Counted from the first letter of the stretch, positions 53,826-63,324 are shown. The stretch is DNA of 64,000 nucleotides from Candidatus Saccharimonadota bacterium (GCA_003246575.1 QJZZ01000001.1:31978-95977), one strand, 5' to 3'. Made by a program: numbers and translations. Notes: a model not told the origin generated them from the sequence alone.

Positions 53826-55654
53826 TGGCCAAAAAACCAGACCCTGTAGATATCGCTGCCGCTCAACGTGCTCGAGAGCAAGCAGAGGTTGAACAGGCAT
53901 TCCTGCGCGGCATGAATACGCTGCGCGACACCATTGCTCCAAGCAGCCTCGAAATCAATGCTTCATATTTCCGCCTCGGCACCAAGTATGGACGCACGCT
54001 ATACATCTATGGCTACCCGCGTGAGATCTACACTGGTTGGCTTTCTGGCCTTATCAATACCGACGAAGTACTCGATATTAGCATGTTCGTTTATCCAGTT
54101 GAGAGTGAAGTTGTTCTCAAGAACCTCCAGAAGAAAGTGACTCAGCTCAATGCAAGCATGGCGATCAACGCCGAGAAGGGACGCACTCGCGATCCGGGCC
54201 TCGAAGCAGCGCTGAATGACGCAGAGGAGCTTCGCGATCAACTACAGGTTGGAGCAGAGCGCTTCTTCCGTTTCGGCATATACGTCACACTGTATGCCGA
54301 TAGTCTAGAAGAGATGGCATTTATCCAGAACAAGATCGAGACGATGTTTGGTCAACAGCTTGTCAAAACAAAAGTCGCCTCCAACCAGCAAGAGCAAGGG
54401 CTCAATAGTACTATCGCTCAAATGACCGACAAGCTCGAAATTCGCCGCAACATGAACACGGGCGCTATCAGTACGAGTTTCCCATTCACCAGCGCCGATC
54501 TTTCAGACGGCAAAGGAATTCTATACGGTATCAATATGCACAATAACGGCCTCGTTATCTTCGACCGCTACAGTCTCGAGAACGCCAACGCGGTTGTCTT
54601 CGCAAAGTCCGGTGCGGGTAAGTCTTTTACCGTCAAACTTGAAGCTTTGCGAAGCATGATGACCGGCGCCGACATCCTTATCATCGACCCAGAGAACGAG
54701 TATCAAAAGCTCTCCGACGCCGTCGGCGGTAGCTACATCCGCCTCAGCCTCAATAGCGATACGCGCATCAATCCATTTGACCTGCCGCGCGTTATCGATA
54801 GCGATGAAGCCGATGATGCATTACGCGCCAACCTCGTCACGCTCCATGGACTCTTCCGCCTGATGCTCGGCGGTAGTCAAATCGCTTCGAATGGACAAAT
54901 GATGGCAGCTATCACACCCGCAGAAGAAGCCGACCTCGACCAGGCGCTTATCGACACCTATGCACGTGTCGGCATTACCAGCGACCCGTTGACACACAAC
55001 TCAGAGCCACCAACTATAGCAGACCTCTACGATACACTCCTACATATGGGCGGCACGGGGCCACAGCTCGCACAACGTTTGCGCAAATTCACAACAGGCA
55101 CCTTTGCCGGCATTTTCTCGCAACAATCAAATATCGATATCAATAACCATATGGTTGTGTTTAATATCCGCGACCTCGAGGACGAACTTCGCCCGATCGC
55201 AATGTATATCGTCCTGAGTCATATCTGGAATATCACTCGCACCATACAACAAAAACGTATGCTTATAGTTGACGAGGCGTGGCAACTCATGAAGTACGAC
55301 GACTCAGCGAACTTCCTCTTCAGCCTTGCCAAGCGTGCTCGCAAATACCACCTCGGGCTCACAACCATCACCCAAGATGTCGAAGACTTCATGGGCAGCA
55401 AGATGGGGCGCGCTATTGTTGCCAACAGTTCTATGCAACTACTCCTGAAACAGTCATCGAGTGCTGTCGATGTACTCGCGGATGTTTTCAAATTAACCGA
55501 AGAGGAGAAAAAGCGCCTCTCAAACTTCCCGGTAGGGCAAGGACTCTTCTTCGCCGGTCAGAACCATGTCCATATGCAAATCATTGCCAGTCAAACCGAA
55601 GAGAAGCTTATCACTACAAATCCGAATGCCGCGCCCCCTGGAGCAAGTGCGTAA
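53825..55654 (+). CDS. virB4: VirB4-family T4SS ATPase (PrgJ/TrsE-like)
   Basis: IAPSSLEINASYFRLGTKYGRTLYIYGYPREI N-terminal pattern, Walker A FAKSGAGKSF and Walker B MLIVDEAWQLM. Confidence 0.9.
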   Translation: MAKKPDPVDIAAAQRAREQAEVEQAFLRGMNTLRDTIAPSSLEINASYFRLGTKYGRTLYIYGYPREIYTGWLSGLINTDEVLDISMFVYPVESEVVLKNLQKKVTQLNASMAINAEKGRTRDPGLEAALNDAEELRDQLQVGAERFFRFGIYVTLYADSLEEMAFIQNKIETMFGQQLVKTKVASNQQEQGLNSTIAQMTDKLEIRRNMNTGAISTSFPFTSADLSDGKGILYGINMHNNGLVIFDRYSLENANAVVFAKSGAGKSFTVKLEALRSMMTGADILIIDPENEYQKLSDAVGGSYIRLSLNSDTRINPFDLPRVIDSDEADDALRANLVTLHGLFRLMLGGSQIASNGQMMAAITPAEEADLDQALIDTYARVGITSDPLTHNSEPPTIADLYDTLLHMGGTGPQLAQRLRKFTTGTFAGIFSQQSNIDINNHMVVFNIRDLEDELRPIAMYIVLSHIWNITRTIQQKRMLIVDEAWQLMKYDDSANFLFSLAKRARKYHLGLTTITQDVEDFMGSKMGRAIVANSSMQLLLKQSSSAVDVLADVFKLTEEEKKRLSNFPVGQGLFFAGQNHVHMQIIASQTEEKLITTNPNAAPPGASA

Positions 55655-55677
55655 CAAAGGGTATAATATAGTACTAT

Positions 55678-58023
55678 ATGGCGCTCTCATACAAGGACGA
55701 CACTGAAGCCGATGAGCGGCTCAGCCCAGCCAATCGCCTCAAGGCTGCCGAGGAAGGTTCGCACGACCGCATCGACGGATACGACCGATCAAGTGACGGT
55801 CTAGATGCTCGTGAGTCTGAATTCAATGCATCCGATACTGCCTCGGCTGCAGAAAATCGATCAGAAAACCCAAACTGGAAGCTCGATGTTGGTAACAAAA
55901 AAATAAAGGTTAAGGGTGGAAGGTTAAAGAAATTTGGCCCTGCCGGCATCATCGGCGGATCTCTTATCGGCGTACTGGGAACGATGATGTCTTTCGCGCC
56001 AACAACCTTGCTAGTGAATCTCAAGGAAAACTTCGTCAATAATTTTGACCAGCAATCTATCATATCTTCAAATCGATCGAATAAAATCATAGCTAAGCGA
56101 TTATCCGGTGAAGCGACTACTGGAGTGTGTACAAGCAAGGTAAGCCTTCTTTGCCGCTATACTCGTCCGTCAAATTATCAAATCAGTCAATTTGACAGAG
56201 CTGGCATAAAAGCCCTTGACGCAAACGGCAATGTAATAGAGAAACGACTATGGCCAAACGCTAGGCCGGCAGCATACGACATACCCGGCGTTGGCAAGGT
56301 ATCGGCCACAGATCTGAATGACGTACTCAGAAACAATCCCCAGGTTCGCAATGCTTTCAAAAGGGCATACAACCCCCGATACGTAAACTGGGTAGACGAT
56401 GTTGCCAGAAAATTATTCAGTAGTTTAGGTGTCGCGAAGGCTATTGACGGAGCACTGTCAGCGGCAGCGAACAAAAAAGCCGCTCAAGCCGCCGTAGACG
56501 GCACTCTTGCCGTAGCAGACAAAGCAGCAGGAAACAGGGCCCTGCGCACTAGCCTATCGGAGCTCATAGAGCGTTTCGCAAAAAAGATGGCAACAAGGTC
56601 GGTAAAAATCGGAAAGCAAGATGCCGTGCTTTTATCCGTTGCCGTTGGGTGTATAGCAACAAAAGTCCCAGGGCTTGTATCGACGGCGATCAAGGCATAC
56701 AGGCTACGAGCCCTTGCAAATGTAGCGTTCAAATTCCTGACAGTAGCGGATGCAATCAAGGCAGGCGAAGCAACTCCCGAAGAAGTTGAGAATGCAGGCA
56801 TCCTCTTAACAGATGTAGTGAATGGAAAGTCGGCTATGGACGGAGCAATTATGTACGGGATTATGGGAGCAAGTAATGTTGGCGCCGCCATGACTCCTGT
56901 AGCGCAAAAATATATCCCCGGCAAAAGCGCTGCATTATGGGATACTGTTAGTCAATATACCGACAACAAAGTCACGAACTCGATTTGTAACATAGCGATG
57001 AACCCGTATGCATCAGCTGCAATCACCGCCTTCAAGTTGGCGAAATACGCCGCCGTTGGGGCAGGTACACTCGGTATCGGTGATGTAGTTCTCTTAGTGG
57101 GAGATATTGCCTCCACTGCCGTGTTCTCGTTACCGGGAGTGGAGTCCGCGATTGCGGATACGGCGACATCTGTGGCGTCCGTGGCATTGAGTGTAATACC
57201 AGACGGAACTCTTGACTCTATATTCAACCTTGCGCTCGGCGATATGACGGAAGGGGTCGCAGGGGAAGACCTATCAGCGGTTATTACAAATGGAGCCGAC
57301 AGCTCAATGTCTCAAGCAGCCGGAATGGGTGGCAGTGTCGCGCTCACTCCGAGCCAAAAAATTGCCTATGACAATGAAATAACTCGACCAACTCAACTCG
57401 CATGGGCAGCCGAGGATCGCGCTAGCCATAGTCCATTCGACGCCTCCAACCCAAACACCTTCCTTGGTTCAATAGTGACTAGACTAATGCCATACTACGG
57501 GAGCCTTAGTAGTATTAGCGGCGTCATGAGCACATTTTTCTCAATATCATCATCCTCGCTTGCAAATTTCCTACAACCGACTAGCTACGCGGCCGACACA
57601 GAAGAGACATGGCAACAATGCACTCAAGACATTTCAGTCGCAACATCGCCAGCAGCGACAGACCCTCTATGTGCTGTGCAATATGGTATACCAGCAGAAT
57701 TTACAAATATAGACCCAGAGACTGTCGTTCAAGATCTCTATGACAGTAATAATATTGATGAAGACGGAGATGTGATATCTGGCAGTGACCTAGAAACTTG
57801 GATGTCCGAGTGTAATACAGGCACATCGGAATCAGCGAGTAATTGTGTTATCCCTAACGCCGACGACAGTAGCTATATAGATAGACTTCGCATAGCTGAA
57901 TTTGCACTCTACCAGATTGATAAGCGCGTTATCGATGGAATGGATAATGTCGACGGAACGACAGATTCTAGCTCCACAAGCGCATTTTATTCATCCATAA
58001 CTGACGCATTGGCGGTCTACTAA
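55678..58023 (+). CDS. 781-aa membrane-anchored orphan of the T4SS locus
   Basis: Acidic N-terminus, one TM (GPAGIIGGSLIGVLGTMMSF), Ala-rich helical and hydrophobic middle, Cys-containing C-domain. A TATAAT lies 11 nt before the ATG. Confidence 0.7.
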   Translation: MALSYKDDTEADERLSPANRLKAAEEGSHDRIDGYDRSSDGLDARESEFNASDTASAAENRSENPNWKLDVGNKKIKVKGGRLKKFGPAGIIGGSLIGVLGTMMSFAPTTLLVNLKENFVNNFDQQSIISSNRSNKIIAKRLSGEATTGVCTSKVSLLCRYTRPSNYQISQFDRAGIKALDANGNVIEKRLWPNARPAAYDIPGVGKVSATDLNDVLRNNPQVRNAFKRAYNPRYVNWVDDVARKLFSSLGVAKAIDGALSAAANKKAAQAAVDGTLAVADKAAGNRALRTSLSELIERFAKKMATRSVKIGKQDAVLLSVAVGCIATKVPGLVSTAIKAYRLRALANVAFKFLTVADAIKAGEATPEEVENAGILLTDVVNGKSAMDGAIMYGIMGASNVGAAMTPVAQKYIPGKSAALWDTVSQYTDNKVTNSICNIAMNPYASAAITAFKLAKYAAVGAGTLGIGDVVLLVGDIASTAVFSLPGVESAIADTATSVASVALSVIPDGTLDSIFNLALGDMTEGVAGEDLSAVITNGADSSMSQAAGMGGSVALTPSQKIAYDNEITRPTQLAWAAEDRASHSPFDASNPNTFLGSIVTRLMPYYGSLSSISGVMSTFFSISSSSLANFLQPTSYAADTEETWQQCTQDISVATSPAATDPLCAVQYGIPAEFTNIDPETVVQDLYDSNNIDEDGDVISGSDLETWMSECNTGTSESASNCVIPNADDSSYIDRLRIAEFALYQIDKRVIDGMDNVDGTTDSSSTSAFYSSITDALAVY

Positions 58024-59351
58024 TGATAAAGAATATCAAAAAGCATATGCGCAGAAGCAAGATCATCCTGTTATCGGCATTAATACTGACAGGTATCATA
58101 CCATCGGCTATCACTCCAGCAAATGTATATGCTGTCGACTGTACCGACAATTCCAACTTCAATAGTCAAAATGAGGTCCTCTTTTTTAGCTGCGAAACTG
58201 CCGCTATACCTTGCAGTACTGGCTCGTCATCGCTCGCCAGCGCCGCGCCAACCAGTCTCACTGGTGCCTCAAACGCAGAAAAAGTATGGAACTACTTCAC
58301 GGCGCGTGGGCTATCACCAGTTGCCGCGGCGGGTGCAATGGGCAATATCGAACAAGAGTCGAGTTTCGATCCATGGGCAGGCGAGGCAGGAAACAATAGT
58401 ATCGACAAGGGGCTTACAGGTGTTGGCTTCGGCTTGATCCAATGGACAAACACAGGAGGTAACTCACAGGGCCGTCGCTATGGTGTCATGAATTACCTTG
58501 AAACAAATGGTGTTAGCCTTGATTCGACAAACGCATCGCAAAATGACCAAGCACTTCTATATGAATTAAATTGGTTATGGGATGGTGAATATAGTAGCGC
58601 CACATGGCAAGAGAAAGTGAATTCCGAGACGTCAGTATCTGGAGACACATCGATCGGTAATGGCGTAGAAGAGAACACAGGCAACGGCTCGGCGCTCCTG
58701 TTTCACGCCCTTGTAGAGCGATCAGCAGATGATGCAGCCCAAAAACAAGAGCGTATCGATAGCGCGCAATCATTCCTCGATACGTTCGGCGGAGGCGCAA
58801 TGGATTGCTCGATGGGCGAGGGCGGCCTAACATACGACCAGGCTGTTCAGTTTATGCAAAGGTATGGCGAGAACGTAAATGGCTATAGCGCGAGAATATC
58901 AGGTAATTATTGGGGATATTGTAACGGTGGCGGATCAAACTGTGTCACGTTTAGCCGCTTCTTCAATGCCGCATTCACTGATATGAAGCTAGGGTCAACA
59001 ATGGGAGATGGTAAGGAGGTCGTTAATAATTTGCGAGCACGAGGCAATCAAACCGGATCTGAGCCGCGGGTATTCTCTACTTTCAGTGGCTGGAACGCTG
59101 GCTATGGACACACGGGTATAATTCTCGGGATCCATGACGGTAAGGTCATCGTCGGTCACGCATCGTGCCAAAATAAGGGCATAGGTAAGGGAAACGGCAC
59201 GGGACAAAACTCTGGATCTGGATGGGCACTTGAAGGTGACCTCGGCACAAGGTCACCATACCTAGGATACAATCCGACTGGATTTGCTTACCCAACATCA
59301 GTAAATACTGCGGCAATCATGGAATTTATAAATAAAGGATACGTTGAATGA
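58023..59351 (+). CDS. cell-wall hydrolase: lysozyme-like domain + C-terminal CHAP domain (VirB1/PrgK-type role)
   Basis: Signal/TM. AAAGAMGNIEQESSFDP..GFGLIQWT is the phage-tail-lysozyme-like motif. NCVTFSRFF..GHTGIILGI fits a CHAP Cys/His pair. Confidence 0.75.
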   Translation: MIKNIKKHMRRSKIILLSALILTGIIPSAITPANVYAVDCTDNSNFNSQNEVLFFSCETAAIPCSTGSSSLASAAPTSLTGASNAEKVWNYFTARGLSPVAAAGAMGNIEQESSFDPWAGEAGNNSIDKGLTGVGFGLIQWTNTGGNSQGRRYGVMNYLETNGVSLDSTNASQNDQALLYELNWLWDGEYSSATWQEKVNSETSVSGDTSIGNGVEENTGNGSALLFHALVERSADDAAQKQERIDSAQSFLDTFGGGAMDCSMGEGGLTYDQAVQFMQRYGENVNGYSARISGNYWGYCNGGGSNCVTFSRFFNAAFTDMKLGSTMGDGKEVVNNLRARGNQTGSEPRVFSTFSGWNAGYGHTGIILGIHDGKVIVGHASCQNKGIGKGNGTGQNSGSGWALEGDLGTRSPYLGYNPTGFAYPTSVNTAAIMEFINKGYVE

Positions 59352-60115
59352 TAATGTCTTTTCGCGATATGTCCGAGAAAAAGAAAGTAATACTCATAGT
59401 CGGGTCTTCTCTGTTATTATTTATTGGAATTATCGTGCTAGGTGTTGTACTCCAGTTATCACACAACCCTTATGGCGAGCGTTTGGTTATCCAGAATTTA
59501 GGTACATACACGTCAGGAAAACCCTCGGATAAGGATCGTATTAACTTCATAGAACATTCACTGTTCCAAACCGTGAATTTAAATTCCAGTTCACCCGTCG
59601 GTGATCGCTCGATTAAAGATATATATATTAGAGACAATTCATTTTCACAAACCAACACCAACGGCGTACACACAGTATCCTTCCTGGTTGATAGTGCCAG
59701 TATAGAGCAGTCATATCGTATATCTTATGAATGGCTCAGCGACGAGTCGGGGGTGCTTGACGAATGGGGAACTGGTGTATTCTGCGTAGATGCCAGCGAT
59801 GTAATCTACGATACATTCTCTTGCTCGGATCTCATTACCGGCATAAGTCACCCTTCGGATTCAACACTTGGATCAATACTTCCTCACGAAACAAACTACT
59901 ACCTGATTGACTACTATATAGACGACAATGGCAAGGCAATTATATCAATAAAAATAATGAGCAATAATAATAGCTCGAGCACGAGTAGGTTCTTCTCGCA
60001 ATATGAAACAACGGCTATCGAATGGCTAAAGCAGAGTGGTGTTGCTATCGGAGACTATGAAATAGTTGTACGAAATCTTTCTGGCGAAATAGTTAAAACG
60101 TACGAAGCTAAATAA
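59348..60115 (+). CDS. bitopic membrane protein (255 aa), candidate VirB8/PrgL analogue
   Basis: ATGA overlap with the hydrolase gene. One N-terminal TM plus a ~210-aa extracytoplasmic domain. The functional call is speculative. Confidence 0.55.
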   Translation: MIMSFRDMSEKKKVILIVGSSLLLFIGIIVLGVVLQLSHNPYGERLVIQNLGTYTSGKPSDKDRINFIEHSLFQTVNLNSSSPVGDRSIKDIYIRDNSFSQTNTNGVHTVSFLVDSASIEQSYRISYEWLSDESGVLDEWGTGVFCVDASDVIYDTFSCSDLITGISHPSDSTLGSILPHETNYYLIDYYIDDNGKAIISIKIMSNNNSSSTSRFFSQYETTAIEWLKQSGVAIGDYEIVVRNLSGEIVKTYEAK

Positions 60116-60117
60116 CA

Positions 60118-61218
60118 TTAACTCTTAAGTGGCATAATAATGTGCGTATATTCTGGGTTTTCTGCGGTCGGGCGTACAACAATTGGCGCAAGTTTGCCCG
60201 TGTAGCTAATCGTCAAGCTCTTCGCATCAATCACCGATAATACTTCGAGAAGGTAGCGGGAGTTCAGTGAAACACTTCCGTCGCTGGCAATCACGGCATC
60301 AATCTTTGAGCTATTCTCACCGACATCCGACGCAACTGAATCGAGGGATAGTTTTTGAGTTTCATTCTCAGTAGAGAGTGTGATACTTCCGCTGCTTTCG
60401 CGAGCAAAGAGGGCAGCGATCTTTGTCGTGCGCACAAGTTCACTTGTCTCAACTGTTGCGACTGGCGTTGTGTCGGAAGGGAGGAGTTGGCGGTAGTTTG
60501 GATATTTGCCATCTATGAGGCGGCTCGTAATTTCCATATCGCCGACGCGGAAACGTACTTGTGATTCGTCGAATAGAACATCTACTTCATCGATTGTATC
60601 GGTACTCGCACGAAGCACTTCATGAAGTGTCGATGTCGGTACGATAGCCTCTAGTTCGCTCGTCGTCTCGACGAGGCGGCGTTCGGCAAGGCGATAGCCA
60701 TCCGTACCTACAAGATAGAGCCAGCCGTCGTGTGAGTGCCAATACACGCCCGTGAGGACGGGGCGAGTCACATCGTTACTACAGGCAAAGATCGTTTGAT
60801 TAATCGCTTGTTTGAAATCGGCCATACTCAATGTGTAGTGGATGGATGTCTCTTCATTGATAACAGGTAGTTCAGGAAATTCTTCCGCATCGATACCATT
60901 AAGCGTTGAAGTATATCCGCCACTCTTAATCGTCAGCGCTGATCCTTTCGTGGAAAGTTCTACAGTGCCGCTCGGAAGGTTGCCAACGAACTCGCTAATA
61001 ATCTTTGCCGGAACTGTCACTGCACCTGGTTTGACAATCTTTGCACCGACTGATGTTGTTGCTGCAAGCTCTAAGTTTGTTGCTGCAATTATTACTTTGC
61101 TGTCCTCTACACGAAAAAGGACATTATTTAGTACTGGTAAATTTGCCTTGTTTGTTGCAATACGACTTGCTGCTGCGAGTGCACGTGTGAGCTTTTCCTG
61201 AGTAAGAGATACTTCCAT
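60118..61218 (-). CDS. dnaN: DNA polymerase III beta sliding clamp
   Basis: MEVSLTQEKLTRALAAASRIATNKANLPVLNNVLF.., 366 aa, three-domain length, adjacent to dnaA. Confidence 0.93.
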   Translation of the reverse strand: MEVSLTQEKLTRALAAASRIATNKANLPVLNNVLFRVEDSKVIIAATNLELAATTSVGAKIVKPGAVTVPAKIISEFVGNLPSGTVELSTKGSALTIKSGGYTSTLNGIDAEEFPELPVINEETSIHYTLSMADFKQAINQTIFACSNDVTRPVLTGVYWHSHDGWLYLVGTDGYRLAERRLVETTSELEAIVPTSTLHEVLRASTDTIDEVDVLFDESQVRFRVGDMEITSRLIDGKYPNYRQLLPSDTTPVATVETSELVRTTKIAALFARESSGSITLSTENETQKLSLDSVASDVGENSSKIDAVIASDGSVSLNSRYLLEVLSVIDAKSLTISYTGKLAPIVVRPTAENPEYTHIIMPLKS

Positions 61219-61261
61219 ATAATTATCCTTTTTTTGAATTAGTGGCTCTATTTATAGGTGC

Positions 61262-61463
61262 TGTGGAAACTGAGTATAAGTGACTCATTAACAGTGGTAA
61301 ATTGAATGAAAATTGGTGTGCAGAAAACTGTGGGGTGAGTGTGTTGAAAACGCGGATAACGTGCGAGTTTTGCGCAATAAAGCTACTCACTGTACTGGCT
61401 GTGTTTTTATGTGTGGATACTAATCCCACGCCAACACACAGCCGAGTAAACAAGTTATACACA
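61262..61463. promoter_or_regulatory. DnaA-box-like 9-mers in the dnaA-dnaN spacer
   Basis: tgtggaaac (61262-61270), tgtggatac (61412-61420) and ttatacaca (61455-61463). Confidence 0.4.
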
Positions 61464-61475
61464 GCGGATTCACAC

Positions 61476-62873
61476 CTAGGCATATAACATCTCCCGGATT
61501 GAGGCAACTTGTTCGCGGGTAATAAAATCAAGCTTAATAGATTTCTCAATTTTTTCGACAGAATGAATCGCGGTCGTGTGATCTTTGCGACCCAACTCAG
61601 CAGCGATACGAGGGAAGCTCATATGAAGTTCACTACGAAGGAGGTACATAGCAATTTGGCGTGGTACAACGATATGTTTGTCGCGCTTCGGGCTGCAGAC
61701 ATCTTTTACGTCAAGTTGAAAGTGCTTGGCAGTCTTATCGATAATTTGACGGGCGGTGATATGTCCAGGGCGCTGTCGTCGCACATCGCCAAGAAGACCT
61801 TCCGCGGTAGAGACGTCTGGGTTAATGCCGCGCATTTCACAATAGGCGAGGAGTTGATTTAGCGCTCCTTCGAGTTCGCGGATGTTTGTCTTGATATTTT
61901 CTGCGAGAAACTCGGTTGTTTTTCGATCGAGCTCAACACTCGAGAGTGACGCTTTAGCCTCAAGGATTGCACAGCGTGTCTCAAAATCCGGCAACTGAAT
62001 ATCGATCGCCATACCCCATTCGAGACGGCTGCGAAGGCGCTCGGTGAGAGTAGGGATGCTGCGTGGTGGCTTGTCACTACCGATGATGATCTGTTTGTTC
62101 GCCTGGTGGAGCGTATTGAAGGTGTGAAAGAACTCCTCTTGAGTTTTTTCTTTGCCAGCGATGAACTGCATGTCATCGACGATCAACACATCAACATTGC
62201 GATATTTATCTGCAAAACCAGTTTTCTTGAAGCGGATGTGCTCGAGAAATTCTTTGACGAATGTCTCTGAGCTGATATACATAACTTTACTCGACGGATT
62301 CTGTGATTTTATTTTATTTCCCACCGCTTGGAGGAGGTGAGTTTTACCTAAACCTACGCCTCCGTAAATGAAGAGGGGGTTGTATTTTGTTCCTGGCGTT
62401 TCCGCGACAGCCTGGCAGGCGGTGTACGCGAGATCGTTACTTGAACCGACAATGAATGAGTCGAAGGTGTATTTTGGATTGAGTGTCGACATAGGTGTAG
62501 ATGACGACTGTGGCGCGGTGACACTGGCCGCCATAACTCTGGCTGTTGATTGTCGTTCGTTTACGAGGTCGGTTGGTTCGGCGTGGACTTCACGACTTAC
62601 TGATCGCTTAGAGGTGCCGCTCGGTTCGACGATATAGGTGATAGACGAGACGGTTTTGCCGTGTTTTTTGAAAATGTCGCGAATCATCGAGTCAAACTTC
62701 ACTTCGAACTGACGCTTCGCGAAGATGTTCGGCACGAGCACAGTGGCCATCTCGCCGGAAAGCTGGGTGAGCTTCGTAGGTTTGAACCATGTAGTGAAGT
62801 TAGCATGAGAAACCGAGAGCTCGACTTCATCTAGCACAAGTTTCCAAATAGATGTGTCCGACGGACTATCCAC
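61476..62873 (-). CDS. dnaA: chromosomal replication initiator DnaA (GTG start at 62873 preferred; ORF extends to ATG 62996)
   Basis: IWKLVLDEVELSVSHANFTTWFKP.., GGVGLGKTHLLQA Walker A, IVDDMQF and the C-terminal DNA-binding KDHTTAIHS. AAGGGG lies 7 nt before the GTG. The upstream extension is full of DnaA boxes. Confidence 0.92.
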   Translation of the reverse strand: MDSPSDTSIWKLVLDEVELSVSHANFTTWFKPTKLTQLSGEMATVLVPNIFAKRQFEVKFDSMIRDIFKKHGKTVSSITYIVEPSGTSKRSVSREVHAEPTDLVNERQSTARVMAASVTAPQSSSTPMSTLNPKYTFDSFIVGSSNDLAYTACQAVAETPGTKYNPLFIYGGVGLGKTHLLQAVGNKIKSQNPSSKVMYISSETFVKEFLEHIRFKKTGFADKYRNVDVLIVDDMQFIAGKEKTQEEFFHTFNTLHQANKQIIIGSDKPPRSIPTLTERLRSRLEWGMAIDIQLPDFETRCAILEAKASLSSVELDRKTTEFLAENIKTNIRELEGALNQLLAYCEMRGINPDVSTAEGLLGDVRRQRPGHITARQIIDKTAKHFQLDVKDVCSPKRDKHIVVPRQIAMYLLRSELHMSFPRIAAELGRKDHTTAIHSVEKIEKSIKLDFITREQVASIREMLYA

Positions 62874-63035
62874 AGCTAACCCCCTTAGTAATGTATTGAA
62901 TTCAGTATAGATAATCTCAGAGTTTTCCACAACTAGGAAACGATTGTGGAATTGACAATCTGTAAATAGGGAGATTTCCACAGGTAAATATCTCATCTGT
63001 TAATATGTGGATAACTCGTGTGTAATTGTGGATTA
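62866..63035. promoter_or_regulatory. oriC/dnaA-promoter DnaA-box cluster
   Basis: Boxes found: ctatccaca 62866-62874, ttttccaca 62923-62931, tgtggaatt 62945-62953, atttccaca 62974-62982, tgtggataa 63006-63014 (perfect TTATCCACA) and tgtggatta 63027-63035. Confidence 0.75.
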
Positions 63036-63120
63036 AACGATAATTGCAACCTAATTATTAAAGAGATGCAAGCTGAGTATCTTGCGAAATCAAACAAAAT
63101 GGCGTATAATTTCTACCAAT

Positions 63121-63258
63121 ATGCCAAAACGAACTCACCAACCACATACTCGTCACCGCGCTCGTACACACGGGTTTCGTGCACGTGTCTCAACCAAGGC
63201 TGGTCGCGCTGTATTGAAGCGTCGCCGCGCTAAGGGACGAGCAAAGATCTCAATCTAA
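63121..63258 (+). CDS. rpmH: 50S ribosomal protein L34
   Basis: Below the track cutoff. Reads [52 protein letters not shown] lies at 63104-63109. Confidence 0.93.
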   Translation: MPKRTHQPHTRHRARTHGFRARVSTKAGRAVLKRRRAKGRAKISI

Positions 63259-63324
63259 TTACACACGATTGACTCAAAGGGTGCCGCCAGTTCAACTGGC
63301 GGCATTTTTGTGTCATACTACTAG

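Noticed and set aside
42016-60115. Calling the T4SS locus an integrative conjugative element (mobile_element)
   Set aside because: No integrase, recombinase, relaxase or coupling protein is visible, and no flanking direct repeats bracket the block. The nearby tRNA fragments do not form an att pair around it. I therefore described it as a chromosomal T4SS-like locus.
62874-62996. 41-codon N-terminal extension of dnaA
   Set aside because: The segment contains four DnaA-box-like 9-mers and lacks similarity to DnaA domain I. The GTG at 62873 has a good RBS. I kept it as an alternative in the feature note.
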